A stretch of DNA of 64,000 nt from a virus. The notes under the pieces are model-generated. The model ran no database searches and was not told where the DNA came from. It was given only the letters and a program-made list of their open reading frames with translations. The stretch lies in IMG/VR virus record IMGVR_UViG_3300042874_000086, positions 25,673 through 89,672 of that record; one strand, given 5' to 3'. Below, piece after piece: positions 21,035 to 31,037 of the stretch. Both the position numbers and the translations under genes were made by a program. Position 1 is the stretch's first letter. The number at the start of each line of letters is the position of its first letter.

Positions 21035-23659
21035 ATCGCAACTTTTACAATCACCGATACAAAAAATCTCGATGAACTGACATCAAAGGCTGGCGGGGAC
21101 ACATACAATGTCAATGGCGGTAACTTAACAATTGACGGGCACTCAAGATTCGACCTTAATGCAAGTAATGCTTCTGCATCAGCTGCTACATCCCTTGGAA
21201 CTGTAACCATCTCTGCTACTCTTGGGGGGAATTGCACATTTGATGGTACTAAAGTCAGGTTAATAGCGTATACAGATGGAAGCGGAACACTGCCAGCACT
21301 TGGCTCTACAGTGACCAAAGGTTCAGCTAGTGGCAAATTGATGTGTGTTTATTCGTCAATGACTGATATGCCAGTTGTATCAGGAACAATTCCAGCTACT
21401 GGTTGGATACAAATTAAACAATGGAATGAAGTAGAGTACACTTCAGGCGCATTGACAATCACGGACGTATCTGCCAATTCATCAGGGGCTAGTAAAGTTG
21501 GCTTCTTGGAGATTATGGGTGACGACGCAAAGAGTATTGTTGCTAATAGACTTGGTACATTTAATGTAACAGGTGCTTGGTTCAGTTTAGGTTCGACTTC
21601 GGGCTCATCTAATCAAACAATCCAAATTCCAAATCACGGGACTAAACGATTTATTAGTGGGGTGTTTATAGAAAAAACATCAGGCCAAAAGGATTATGAG
21701 TTCTATCCAAATGCTGGGACTGCTACTACAATTGGTACTGAAGCTGAACGCGGTAAAGTTGTTTGGATAGATGACACTGGATTGATTAGGATTGGACATA
21801 ATGGCACTGACCCTATGGGGTATACTCCGGTTGCTAATCTTGAAGTAGTTATCGGAAATATCTTCTTTTGTACCAATACCACATCCGCTAGAAATGAGGT
21901 GTGCATCCCCCATGCCACACCTGGTACAAGATACGATTACACTACTACCGGTGGTGGTGTTCTAAACATTGACAAGTGTGAGTCATCATGGTACCTCAGT
22001 ATAGTACAAGCTTACAGCTGTAACGTTAGTAATAGTGGGTTTGTAGACTCAGTCTATGTTCAAGAGGTGGCTACTCCTATGACGTGGAGTAATGTTGGTG
22101 TTGGTAATAAACCAAATACAGCCTTGGTGACATCGGGCTTGTTTATGTACTACAACTATGTCGGGGGTGTATTTAACGATTGTGTTTTCACTCGTGTATC
22201 ACTGGCAACCTCTGGTTCGTACACAGCTGTAATTCAAGACACTATAGGATTTACATTTAACAGGTGTGCTTTTAGGGCTAATACCCGTCAAGGGCACTCA
22301 TCAGTGTATTCTATATACGGGCTTAGGATTAAAGATACTACTTTTAACGACTGTACGATTATTCAAGGGTATAGTATGCTCAGCACTTGTGAGGATATTG
22401 TCTACAACAATACGGCATATATAAACAATGTGTCGGGGACTACTCCTACTACTTATCCAACTCATGTGTGGTACACCTCAGCTAATAGTGTGAACTGTAC
22501 GTTTAACGGGCTAAAGTTACCTGTGACTGATTGTCATCCATATACTTCGTTATTAGCCAGTACATATGGAGCTAGTAATATCAAGTTGCGCAACATCGGG
22601 ACGAGAACAGTACCCTTAAACTTAGGAACAACAAATAATTGTGCTTTCATTTATGTCATTAGCTCTAATACCTCAAATGTAAAGGTACAGCGTGTTTATG
22701 CGTCCAACACTAGAACTGGAATTATGACAGGGAACAACTCTTGTCATGAGATTACAGAAGAGAATGTGTTTGGTGACTATGCAGATGCAACAGATGTTAT
22801 GGCTTGTATCAATATGAAGCGTAAAGGCATGGGTGGCACCGGTGTATTGAACAGTCAGATATCGATTTACGGTACTCATTGGATGGACTCATTTATAAAT
22901 ACAACTGAAGGACGTATTGCCATCCTAATGAATGAGGCTTCAACAATTACTGCAGCCCAAGTGACTTTAGGTACCGGCTCATCATTCACCAGCTCGGGTG
23001 GTTTGTATATGCCAAATGTAGACCACACGGTTACGTTTGAAATGCCAGAGTATACTCTAGGACATACAGGGTTTGTTAATACCACATTAATAATGGCTGG
23101 TGGTACTAGCACAAAATACAACTATAACTACGCTATTGACAAAAATGACAATGCAGGTTGGAGTGCAATGACGACGGATAACTTCACCCCTACTACACTA
23201 GGAACTGCATTGAGTAATATCACAGGGATTGATGCTAGTAAAGGGTTTAAGTTACGGCTTAAAATTACTACAATTACTGGCAACACTAATGCTATCACAA
23301 GTGTATATGTTAAAACAACAAGTTCAGCAACAGCTCAAGATTACCAATATCCACTTGATACTGTCCCTTTGTCGTTTGCTGTTAAGCATATAGATACAGG
23401 AAGTCCGCTGGCTGGTGCTAGACTATACCTAGTAGCAGGAGCTGGTGGGCCATTAGCCCAGGGTACTCTAATTCTAAATACACTGACTGATGTCAATGGG
23501 AATGTAACTGGTGCGGTAGAGCTGTCAGGAAATCAGCCAGTAGTGGGCAGAGTTAGGTTCGGAACCACCCCCAACTTCTACAAAACAGTTCCAATTAGTG
23601 AGATTATAAATAGTACAAGTGGGTTGTCATTGAATATATCAATGATCCCCGATGCATAA
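21035..23659 (+). CDS. Beta-helix-type tail/virion protein; probable start is a non-canonical ATC at 21035
   Basis: Frame is open from 21020. GGAGGT RBS precedes ATC-GCA-ACT-TTT (xATFTITDTKNLDEL...), 92 codons upstream of the GTG in the ORF track. Confidence 0.65.
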   Translation: MATFTITDTKNLDELTSKAGGDTYNVNGGNLTIDGHSRFDLNASNASASAATSLGTVTISATLGGNCTFDGTKVRLIAYTDGSGTLPALGSTVTKGSASGKLMCVYSSMTDMPVVSGTIPATGWIQIKQWNEVEYTSGALTITDVSANSSGASKVGFLEIMGDDAKSIVANRLGTFNVTGAWFSLGSTSGSSNQTIQIPNHGTKRFISGVFIEKTSGQKDYEFYPNAGTATTIGTEAERGKVVWIDDTGLIRIGHNGTDPMGYTPVANLEVVIGNIFFCTNTTSARNEVCIPHATPGTRYDYTTTGGGVLNIDKCESSWYLSIVQAYSCNVSNSGFVDSVYVQEVATPMTWSNVGVGNKPNTALVTSGLFMYYNYVGGVFNDCVFTRVSLATSGSYTAVIQDTIGFTFNRCAFRANTRQGHSSVYSIYGLRIKDTTFNDCTIIQGYSMLSTCEDIVYNNTAYINNVSGTTPTTYPTHVWYTSANSVNCTFNGLKLPVTDCHPYTSLLASTYGASNIKLRNIGTRTVPLNLGTTNNCAFIYVISSNTSNVKVQRVYASNTRTGIMTGNNSCHEITEENVFGDYADATDVMACINMKRKGMGGTGVLNSQISIYGTHWMDSFINTTEGRIAILMNEASTITAAQVTLGTGSSFTSSGGLYMPNVDHTVTFEMPEYTLGHTGFVNTTLIMAGGTSTKYNYNYAIDKNDNAGWSAMTTDNFTPTTLGTALSNITGIDASKGFKLRLKITTITGNTNAITSVYVKTTSSATAQDYQYPLDTVPLSFAVKHIDTGSPLAGARLYLVAGAGGPLAQGTLILNTLTDVNGNVTGAVELSGNQPVVGRVRFGTTPNFYKTVPISEIINSTSGLSLNISMIPDA

Positions 23660-23668
23660 AGGATAGTA

Positions 23669-23875
23669 ATGGATGCTTATCAAGAGTTAAATCAGAGAAA
23701 CTTCATGGCGATGTCGGAAGGTTTGAAGAGTGTGAGAGCTATGTGTGAGCGATTAGAGAATGAGGTGCGAGCTATGCGAGAAGCTAACGGAGAGCTTGTA
23801 CAAACAGTGGCTACTCTACGACAGCAAAATGGTGTGTTGTTAGCTAGATTTCACGGGACTGGAAGCACATCATGA
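23669..23875 (+). CDS. Small coiled-coil hypothetical protein
   Basis: AAGGA RBS; heptad pattern. Confidence 0.55.
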   Translation: MDAYQELNQRNFMAMSEGLKSVRAMCERLENEVRAMREANGELVQTVATLRQQNGVLLARFHGTGSTS

Positions 23876-24474
23876 CTATTGATTGGGGAACTAAAGTCAT
23901 TAATATATTCAAGACTGATATGCTGTTAGTACAAGCAAGCCCTACTGAAATATGGGAATTAGATATCCCTAACTTTAAGATGTCCTTAGGTGATTTACTT
24001 GATGATGAGCACGGTATGATATACCCAGATATATTCAAACACAACCCCGAGGTATCTGTAGGGGGAGTTAGCCTAGCTAAGGTTATTGAAATACTACCTC
24101 CCTATACTATAACATTCGAGGATGGTCAATACGCAGTAAATTTAGTAGGGGCTAACAACAACGTAGGGGATAGAACTAATGTTAATCAAGTATCTATACG
24201 CTCTGCTAACTCAGCTGGGATGATTACCGTAGTAAATGGTGGTACTTCTGTTATTGATAGTAATACTATTACTAATATTGCCAATACAGTTTGGAGTGTA
24301 CCAAAAGGTAACACTGTCTACCAACGCAGTATTGGGGGGTTTCGAAAAAATTATACAAACAATACAATTATTATGCTTAATGAAGATGGTACTGATGGTA
24401 TAACTTATGCTTGTTTTGATAGATATGGGGTATCCTCCCTAACTACTGTAGATAGAATGGAATTAGTTCCGTGA
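23872..24474 (+). CDS. Phage structural hypothetical protein
   Basis: ATGA-coupled to the upstream gene; YTITFEDGQYAVNLVGANNN motif. Confidence 0.6.
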   Translation: MTIDWGTKVINIFKTDMLLVQASPTEIWELDIPNFKMSLGDLLDDEHGMIYPDIFKHNPEVSVGGVSLAKVIEILPPYTITFEDGQYAVNLVGANNNVGDRTNVNQVSIRSANSAGMITVVNGGTSVIDSNTITNIANTVWSVPKGNTVYQRSIGGFRKNYTNNTIIMLNEDGTDGITYACFDRYGVSSLTTVDRMELVP

Positions 24475-24704
24475 ACCGTATAAATGTATGCTCTGGGAGA
24501 TGTTTAGAACTAATTAGTGATACTACTGGAACCCTTAGTCATACCAAAGTATCAGTATTAATGGCCAACGTAGCGGGTACGGTAGCTTTTTTATACCAAG
24601 TATTTTCAGTAGGACTTACGGTTGAATTATTACTGGGTTTCTTAGCCGCTATAGGCGCACAAAGGTATGGCTCTAAATACCTTGATATAAAAGGAGGGGG
24701 TTGA
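24471..24704 (+). CDS. Small two-TM membrane protein (holin-like)
   Basis: GTLSHTKV followed by two hydrophobic segments. Confidence 0.5.
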   Translation: MNRINVCSGRCLELISDTTGTLSHTKVSVLMANVAGTVAFLYQVFSVGLTVELLLGFLAAIGAQRYGSKYLDIKGGG

Positions 24705-24707
24705 TAA

Positions 24708-24953
24708 ATGACAGCTTTTTCATTTGCAATAGGGGGTGGAGGTCAGATTCAAATAGTTGAGGTAACTATCCCAATTCCTATGAAAGTTGAAACCAGCCCT
24801 TTCGGAACCTCTTTGGGTAGAACCCCGTTTGGTATAGGGACTATAAAAAGTGACTTTGGGGTGGTTGATAAATCCCCCATTATAAACGATAATGTTATTA
24901 GTGAATCATTTGGTGCTACACCAAAACAAATCTACTTTAATGTGAGAAATTAA
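24708..24953 (+). CDS. Hypothetical protein
   Basis: ORF in the operon with AGGAGG upstream. Confidence 0.5.
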   Translation: MTAFSFAIGGGGQIQIVEVTIPIPMKVETSPFGTSLGRTPFGIGTIKSDFGVVDKSPIINDNVISESFGATPKQIYFNVRN

Positions 24954-25253
24954 ATGACTGAACAAACTGAAATTATTTATGCGGGTTCTTCTATTTTTAT
25001 GGATTTTGCTATTGATGGTGGAGTAATTCCAGCTACTATGAGTTGTACGGCAAAGCTGGTAACTAAAGAGGGGGTAGTAGCAAACACCTATATAGCTACA
25101 CCAAATCTTACCGATGGTGTATTTGAGTTGCGTATTCCTTATACAGATACCACTGCGTATGCGGGGGTAATGCACACACTACTCGTACGGGTTACAGATA
25201 CTGCAACCTCATACTCTGATGTTATCTATGATAAAAAAATCAGTTGGCGTTAA
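24954..25253 (+). CDS. Hypothetical protein (Ig-like/BppU-like composition)
   Basis: Last + strand gene before convergence with the RuvC-like gene. Confidence 0.45.
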   Translation: MTEQTEIIYAGSSIFMDFAIDGGVIPATMSCTAKLVTKEGVVANTYIATPNLTDGVFELRIPYTDTTAYAGVMHTLLVRVTDTATSYSDVIYDKKISWR

Positions 25254-25716
25254 CCAAACCTTCTGCGTATTTAGCTAAGGCATATGCATCGGCCAAATCA
25301 TCTTTCTTTTTATAGCCTTTAAACTCTTCTAAAACATCTTTAGGGAGGGTATTTATCATATCCTCTTTAGACGCTTTTCCATTTCCTGTAAAGAACTTTT
25401 TGTTTGCTGAAGGTGGTACTAAAGTTACCACATAACCTTTATGAAGCAACCCATAGTAAACTCCACCAACTAGCATACTAAGGTCAACAACTTTACCGTT
25501 AGCCATAAAAGCTGGAGCTTCAATACATACTACAACTTCAGTAGGCTTGAAGTTTGCTATAAATTTCATACAATCCCTAACTACGTAGGAGCACCTTGTA
25601 CGAATATCTGGAACCGTTGGGGATATTACTAAGTGTTTGTACAAACCACCTTTAGCGCCTAATACCACTATTGCAGTATTGGTACTAGAAGTATCTATTC
25701 CTATAAATAAACTCAA
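25240..25716 (-). CDS. RuvC-like Holliday junction resolvase
   Basis: FIGIDTSSTNTA, CIEAP, KKFFTGNGKASKEDM, DDLADAYA. Confidence 0.88.
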   Translation of the reverse strand: MSLFIGIDTSSTNTAIVVLGAKGGLYKHLVISPTVPDIRTRCSYVVRDCMKFIANFKPTEVVVCIEAPAFMANGKVVDLSMLVGGVYYGLLHKGYVVTLVPPSANKKFFTGNGKASKEDMINTLPKDVLEEFKGYKKKDDLADAYALAKYAEGLVNAN

Positions 25717-27014
25717 GAGAAAATCTTGTCAACAAGCTTAGTCAAATCAGACCTTTGAATATGTTGTAGGTTAATAAAAGAAATCAAAGGGTTTCCTTTA
25801 CAATTAGGTAGTAACTTTTTGTAACCCTCATGTCCCGTATTTGCACCATACGTCTGTTCTGGGTCTAGTAACAAAATAAGCTTAGAGCCTCTTGCAATAC
25901 GACTCATAACCTGCTTGAGTGCTGTTGTACTAAGTAGCTGAGATTCATCTACAATAAGGATATCCCCATTAATAGAGGCGCCTTGAATACTCTCCAAATT
26001 GATAGGACTAAAGAACTCTTCAAATACAGCATTGGCACGTTCGTTCAGTACATCAGCTTCTGTAATCTCAAACAGAAATTTTAGGTTAGTCAAGAAACCT
26101 GCTAACCAGTTGCCCATTTTAGCCTCCATAGAACCAGGTAAAAACCCTATGGCTAAATTTCTATCTACAGGGATAGGGGGGCGTGTTACATAAACTTTAT
26201 TATATAGCACGTTTGTCCTACTTGCAATACCTCTAGTTCTAGCCAAAGCACCTGCAATTGACATAAGAGACTTTCCACTTCCTACTTTACCTTGTACGAC
26301 AGTCAGGGGAGTCTCACTATCAAATATCATATTGAACGCTACAGCCTGCTCAGGATGAAGAAAACTAATAGGTAGACCTAAGTCCCTTACCCGTTTAATA
26401 GAAACGCTCACAGGCTCTACCTTGTCCCCTCTACGTCGATATAATACATACTTTTCATCATACCTAATACTTGGGTAGATTATTAGATATTGGTTCTCCT
26501 CAAGGTGAGTCAATACATCCTCTTGTGTCATATATAAAGCCATCTCAGCAATAAATTCATCATACATAAACGAAGATTTATTATGAATAAGAGTTTGAGC
26601 AAAATACATGTGTTCTACATCAAATTCTACATAACCTAAGTATGATTTATCCCAGTCGGTGCCAACAGAAAAGTCCAGAACTGGTACGTCCTGTGCAAAC
26701 GCAACAACCCTTGCCCCAATATCATTAGTAATAATACTACTACCAGAGTCTTTTGCAGACTTAACAATAAGCTCATCGTTTGTTGTAAAGTTAGTAGGGA
26801 GGTCTACAATTTGAATGGACTTGTCTTTTACACATTCCCAAATTTTCTTAATTGCAGTACGGGCAGGGTAATTTAAGTTTTGGTCAAACTTCTTTTTATC
26901 AAGCTCTCTGAGAACTACATAAGGTAGTACAAAGTCATAAGTGGTAGTGTCATTTAGGATATCACTATTATCCAGTAGAATGTTTGTATCTAGTACGACT
27001 TTAATCTTTTCCAA
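25713..27014 (-). CDS. phoH: PIN-domain PhoH family ATPase
   Basis: VLDTNILL PIN domain; GKVGSGKS Walker A; IGFLPG; IVDESQ; IQRSDL. Confidence 0.9.
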   Translation of the reverse strand: MEKIKVVLDTNILLDNSDILNDTTTYDFVLPYVVLRELDKKKFDQNLNYPARTAIKKIWECVKDKSIQIVDLPTNFTTNDELIVKSAKDSGSSIITNDIGARVVAFAQDVPVLDFSVGTDWDKSYLGYVEFDVEHMYFAQTLIHNKSSFMYDEFIAEMALYMTQEDVLTHLEENQYLIIYPSIRYDEKYVLYRRRGDKVEPVSVSIKRVRDLGLPISFLHPEQAVAFNMIFDSETPLTVVQGKVGSGKSLMSIAGALARTRGIASRTNVLYNKVYVTRPPIPVDRNLAIGFLPGSMEAKMGNWLAGFLTNLKFLFEITEADVLNERANAVFEEFFSPINLESIQGASINGDILIVDESQLLSTTALKQVMSRIARGSKLILLLDPEQTYGANTGHEGYKKLLPNCKGNPLISFINLQHIQRSDLTKLVDKIFS

Positions 27015-27061
27015 AGGGTTTTCCTTAAATTTTTATTAAACACTTAACATAAATACTATAC

Positions 27062-28168
27062 TCAAGTGGGGCCTTTATTATAATTACTTAATAAAAAACC
27101 TCCATTTGGTATAGTTAATATAGAAAAAGCATATTTACTATGTTCAGTTAACTTAAAAGAAGCTTCATCTATAAATTTTAAAGGAGCCTTAATAAGTGTC
27201 TTAATATTCTTAAGCTTTTCTATTAGTTTACTTTTGTATTTTGTAAAAGTATTCTTACTAATCCCCCACATTTCTGCGGCTTTTCTGGAGGTAATCTTAG
27301 TAACGGAGTATAAAGGAGCAAGGTTAGAACATACTTTATTGTACAATTCATCAAACTTTTTATCAGCCTGACGTTGGGCAACTCTTTGGTTAAACTGAAT
27401 AGTACGTTCAGAAGTTTTATAATTACCCTTACGGTACTTAGTAGCCATGAAAGTATTGATAGAATGTGCTATTTTAAGCACCTCTGAGTGTCCTAGTGGC
27501 TTACTAAATATACTATTTTTTGCCAATAGGTCATTAGTAATATTGACAGTGCCAGTAGTGTATGCAAAAGCACTTCCATACTGGAATAAGGTACTATTAC
27601 GTTCCCCCTCAGGAATTTTATTGAAGTCAATAAAAAGTTGTTGAGCATATTTACTTCCTCCTACGGATTTTTTAAGCTCTACCTCGTATTCAGGTAGAAT
27701 AAATTCAGAAAAACGTACTACTTTTTCTGAAAAAACTGATGTGTGTTTTAGTGGGTTTCTCCAAATACGCCCGGAGGCCCCGGTAGTTGCATTAATATCT
27801 GCCCCAAACAACCCCTGAAGATAACGAATAATGTGTTTTAATTTATTTAATTGTTTTATATTTGATGTTTTAATAGGGTTATCCAAGAACCAGTGAATAT
27901 GTGTACCCTTCTGTGTTTCAACAATAAAAGTAGGCTCTGGTAGATTATTATCGGATATAACTTTTAGTACATCTGACTTAAAATCTATGTCAATAGATAC
28001 TGCAGGGATAAAAAATTTATTACCAAATCTTAAAAAGTTTTCTTCTAAGGCTTCCTCAAGGACTAAAAATTTATAATTGTCACCTTTATTAGGCGAACAC
28101 TGTACTTTAAAGTATGAATCAAGTTTTTCTAGTAAAAGTCTCTTCACATTATTCTCCTTGTGCCTCAT
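27062..28168 (-). CDS. Plasmid-type replication initiator (Replicase + PriCT-1, ColE2-like Rep); likely GTG start near 28147
   Basis: SIDID, LPEPTFIVET.KGTHIHWFL..PI, AD...G.IWRNP, EGERNSTLF...PL..SEV..IA.SI, plus C-terminal HTH (AAEMWGISKNT). Confidence 0.75.
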   Translation of the reverse strand: MRHKENNVKRLLLEKLDSYFKVQCSPNKGDNYKFLVLEEALEENFLRFGNKFFIPAVSIDIDFKSDVLKVISDNNLPEPTFIVETQKGTHIHWFLDNPIKTSNIKQLNKLKHIIRYLQGLFGADINATTGASGRIWRNPLKHTSVFSEKVVRFSEFILPEYEVELKKSVGGSKYAQQLFIDFNKIPEGERNSTLFQYGSAFAYTTGTVNITNDLLAKNSIFSKPLGHSEVLKIAHSINTFMATKYRKGNYKTSERTIQFNQRVAQRQADKKFDELYNKVCSNLAPLYSVTKITSRKAAEMWGISKNTFTKYKSKLIEKLKNIKTLIKAPLKFIDEASFKLTEHSKYAFSILTIPNGGFLLSNYNKGPT

Positions 28169-28215
28169 TATTATCGTAGTATAATACGATATTATTACTT
28201 CAATCTAGCTTAAAA

Positions 28216-28283
28216 TTAATATATACTATATTATGTATTAAAGCAGTTTTAAGTACGTTAATACATAATATAGTATATATTAA
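28216..28283. repeat. Perfect 26-bp AT-rich inverted repeat with 16-bp spacer
   Basis: TTAATATATACTATATTATGTATTAA (28216-28241) and its reverse complement (28258-28283). Confidence 0.9.
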
Positions 28284-28338
28284 AGTAATTCATATATTAA
28301 TTATTATACTCTTAATATACCCTTTATAATAATAATAA

Positions 28339-28390
28339 GTAAGTTAAGGTTCCTCAAAGGAGTAAACAAGTGATAGGTCTTGGGACAAGC
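28339..28390 (+). repeat. Dispersed element copy 1 (52 bp)
   Basis: Identical to the reverse complement of 52504-52555; 31-bp core also at 58347-58377. Confidence 0.9.
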
Positions 28391-28453
28391 ATATTTTTAA
28401 GCTGTAATTAAGGATAATTACTATATTATTGTACAAATATTAAAGGAGCGGAT

Positions 28454-29365
28454 ATGGATATTGTAGTAATAGATTACAGACTTTGTGCATTTGAATATAG
28501 CTTTCATGCACATAAGCCTTTTAATCATATCTTTACAAAACTTTCGCAACTCTTACTTTCTCATAGAATTAATCCTAAGAAGTTAATTTTTGCAGTTGAT
28601 ACGGGTGCAAGTAAAAGACGGGAGATTTATCCTGAGTATAAACTACATAGAACTAAACAGCAAAAGAAAGCAACCCCTGCTGAACAACTACGAAGGCAGG
28701 AATTTGAAAGATTCTACAAGGAGTCTATTCAATGGTTAAATAAGTTAGGTACAGTTCTAGATTTAGCTGGTATTGAGGCAGATGATATTGGTTCTATTGT
28801 TGCGCATAGATTTGCTGATACAGAACACCAAATTACTTTAGTTACTTCCGATAAAGACTGGGCAAGTTTTTTGGTGGCAGATAATATACGAATATTACAT
28901 GTATCAAGAGATACTTTTATTAGTGCTAAGAATTGTGTGGAGGAATACGAACTAGACCCTTTGGGTATTTTTTGGGTTCAATGTTTCGCAGGGTCTGATA
29001 AAGAGAATGTTAAAGGTATCTTTAAGTTTGGTATTAAAACCTTTAAAAAGATTTATGATGAACAAACCCCCAAGGATTTTGATAAAATTAAAACAACAAT
29101 AGAGGAGGATTATCTGGTTAAGGGTTTCCGGGGTATGCAGCTACCCGAGGGAGTTAATTATGATGATATGTGTTCCCTTAATTACAGTCTGTTTAAACCA
29201 GTGGTGTTTGAAGATTTGTCTATGGAAGAGCAAGATTTGTTTCTACAAAAATTTCATGTCTCTACTAAAGATACTTACGATAATCTAGTGTTAGAACTCT
29301 TAATGGATTACGGGGTTAGTTTAACCCTAACCCCACAAGAGCGCTCTATTTATAAACTAAAATAA
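28454..29365 (+). CDS. 5'-3' exonuclease / flap endonuclease
   Basis: RREIYPEYKLHR, GIEADDIG, VTSDKDW, GSDKENVKGIFKFGIKT. Confidence 0.92.
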   Translation: MDIVVIDYRLCAFEYSFHAHKPFNHIFTKLSQLLLSHRINPKKLIFAVDTGASKRREIYPEYKLHRTKQQKKATPAEQLRRQEFERFYKESIQWLNKLGTVLDLAGIEADDIGSIVAHRFADTEHQITLVTSDKDWASFLVADNIRILHVSRDTFISAKNCVEEYELDPLGIFWVQCFAGSDKENVKGIFKFGIKTFKKIYDEQTPKDFDKIKTTIEEDYLVKGFRGMQLPEGVNYDDMCSLNYSLFKPVVFEDLSMEEQDLFLQKFHVSTKDTYDNLVLELLMDYGVSLTLTPQERSIYKLK

Positions 29366-29375
29366 AAGGAATTTT

Positions 29376-29921
29376 ATGGCACGAGTTATTCAACTCTCTG
29401 GTAAAAAAAGAAAAGGAAAAAGTACTGTAGCAGAAATACTGACAGGTATGTTACCTAACTCTACTACGTTAAACTACGCAGACCCCCTTAAAGCTATTGT
29501 AGCTATTACTTTAGGTATGACGGTAGAGGAATTAGACCACGAAAAAAATATGAACCCTAAGTACAGGGACATTCTTCAGCGTTTTGGTACCGAGGCGATG
29601 AAACCTATTTTTGGGGATAATGTTTGGTATAATATTTTGGTAAATTCTTTAAAAGACTTTGGGGAAGATACTTATGTTATCATAGCTGACTGGCGATTCC
29701 CAGAAGAGATTATTGAAGGTTCTTTTAAAGTACGCATTACCCGGCCTGAATTTTATGACGCAGAAGACCCACATCTGTCTGAGGTTGCTTTAGACTCATA
29801 CGAGGCTTTTGATTATAACTTGGTAAATGAAGAGGGACCTGAAAACTTAGTTAAAGCTGTTACTAACTTAGCAATTAAAATTAGAGAACACTTTAATGAC
29901 CCAATCTTAGATGACGCTTAA
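29376..29921 (+). CDS. Deoxynucleoside monophosphate kinase
   Basis: LSGKKRKGKSTVA, YADPLK, RDILQRFGTE, DWRFPEE, HLSE. Confidence 0.9.
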   Translation: MARVIQLSGKKRKGKSTVAEILTGMLPNSTTLNYADPLKAIVAITLGMTVEELDHEKNMNPKYRDILQRFGTEAMKPIFGDNVWYNILVNSLKDFGEDTYVIIADWRFPEEIIEGSFKVRITRPEFYDAEDPHLSEVALDSYEAFDYNLVNEEGPENLVKAVTNLAIKIREHFNDPILDDA

Positions 29922-30097
29922 TGGTAGTAGATTTCAAGTGCACCTTTTATGGGTGCTTGGACTACAATGTAGAAAAAACTCTACACATCCGAATGGCAGA
30001 CTTAGATAAACAAGTTTGTGAACATTGTGGTAAGCCTATGCAACGGGTGTGGAATTCAAAAACTGCTATTAAAACTTCGGATGGTTATAAGTCCTAA
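29921..30097 (+). CDS. FmdB-like zinc-ribbon protein (58 aa; not in the ORF track)
   Basis: Hand translation: MVVDFKCTFYGC...VCEHCGKPMQRVW...SDGYKS. Confidence 0.7.
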   Translation: MVVDFKCTFYGCLDYNVEKTLHIRMADLDKQVCEHCGKPMQRVWNSKTAIKTSDGYKS

Positions 30098-30106
30098 CTA
30101 TATTTT

Positions 30107-30128
30107 GAGCACTTTCTGTGCTCTTTTT
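30107..30128 (+). terminator. Intrinsic terminator
   Basis: GAGCAC-tttct-GTGCTC-TTTTT. Confidence 0.7.
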
Positions 30129-30138
30129 CAAAAACACC

Positions 30139-30167
30139 TTGACATTCATTTTATTTTCTGCTATAAT
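30139..30167 (+). promoter_or_regulatory. sigma70 promoter
   Basis: TTGACA-N17-TATAAT upstream of the SSB gene. Confidence 0.85.
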
Positions 30168-30232
30168 TTTCATGTTAGACAATTACTTAGGTAACTTGCC
30201 AACTAAAAACATACCAAACACAAGGATACACG

Positions 30233-31027
30233 ATGGCTTACTCTAAAGAAGAATTAATTGCAATGGGGTTCGATGAAGCAACTGCAGTTGAAATGACAAA
30301 AAATGTTTCAGAAACAGGTGCAGGGTCTCCCTTCAAAAAAATTGGAATGAACTATAGTGACACTATTACAGATGCTTGTAATATTAAAAAAGGACACTTT
30401 ATTGCTGGTTATGTAGAGGATAAAAAAACTCTTACTGTAAAAGAGGAGGGTGTTGATTTTGGTAATGAGATTGAGTTCTATATTGTAAGTCATACATTCC
30501 AGTGTAGTCAATTTGATACCGCTACAAACTCTAATGTGTTTATGACACCTTTTTATAGTGACCACTATTCTACTAAAACGCAGAGAGATAAAAAAACAGG
30601 GCAAACCGTAGAAGAGCGTAAAGCACAAAATCACCGTGTTGTGTTTAACCAAATTCTTTTAATGATGGTGAAACAAGCGGATGGTTCATTTGCACCATAC
30701 CTACATTATCTGCACGGTACAAACTATAACCAATGGAATACTCAGCTTGAAGCAAACGGGGCAGTTATGAATTTGACTACTTTGTTTAAAATTAAGTCTA
30801 AGAAAGTTTCTACTAACTTTGCTCCAGCTTGGTGTTTTGATTTTGTATCAGCTACCGACCGTATGGCAGATGTACCAAAATCAATCAAAGAAGTTAGTGA
30901 AGCAATCAAGGCGTTCAACAAGTGGATTGATAGCTCAAATGCACAAGGAAGTTCTTCTACATCTGCCTCTACCCCACAAGCAAGCTCCGCTGTGGAAGAA
31001 GATACAGATGATGATATCGCATTTTAA
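30233..31027 (+). CDS. Probable single-stranded DNA-binding protein
   Basis: Ser-rich linker and acidic tail EEDTDDDIAF; replication context. Confidence 0.65.
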   Translation: MAYSKEELIAMGFDEATAVEMTKNVSETGAGSPFKKIGMNYSDTITDACNIKKGHFIAGYVEDKKTLTVKEEGVDFGNEIEFYIVSHTFQCSQFDTATNSNVFMTPFYSDHYSTKTQRDKKTGQTVEERKAQNHRVVFNQILLMMVKQADGSFAPYLHYLHGTNYNQWNTQLEANGAVMNLTTLFKIKSKKVSTNFAPAWCFDFVSATDRMADVPKSIKEVSEAIKAFNKWIDSSNAQGSSSTSASTPQASSAVEEDTDDDIAF

Positions 31028-31037
31028 AGATTAACTT

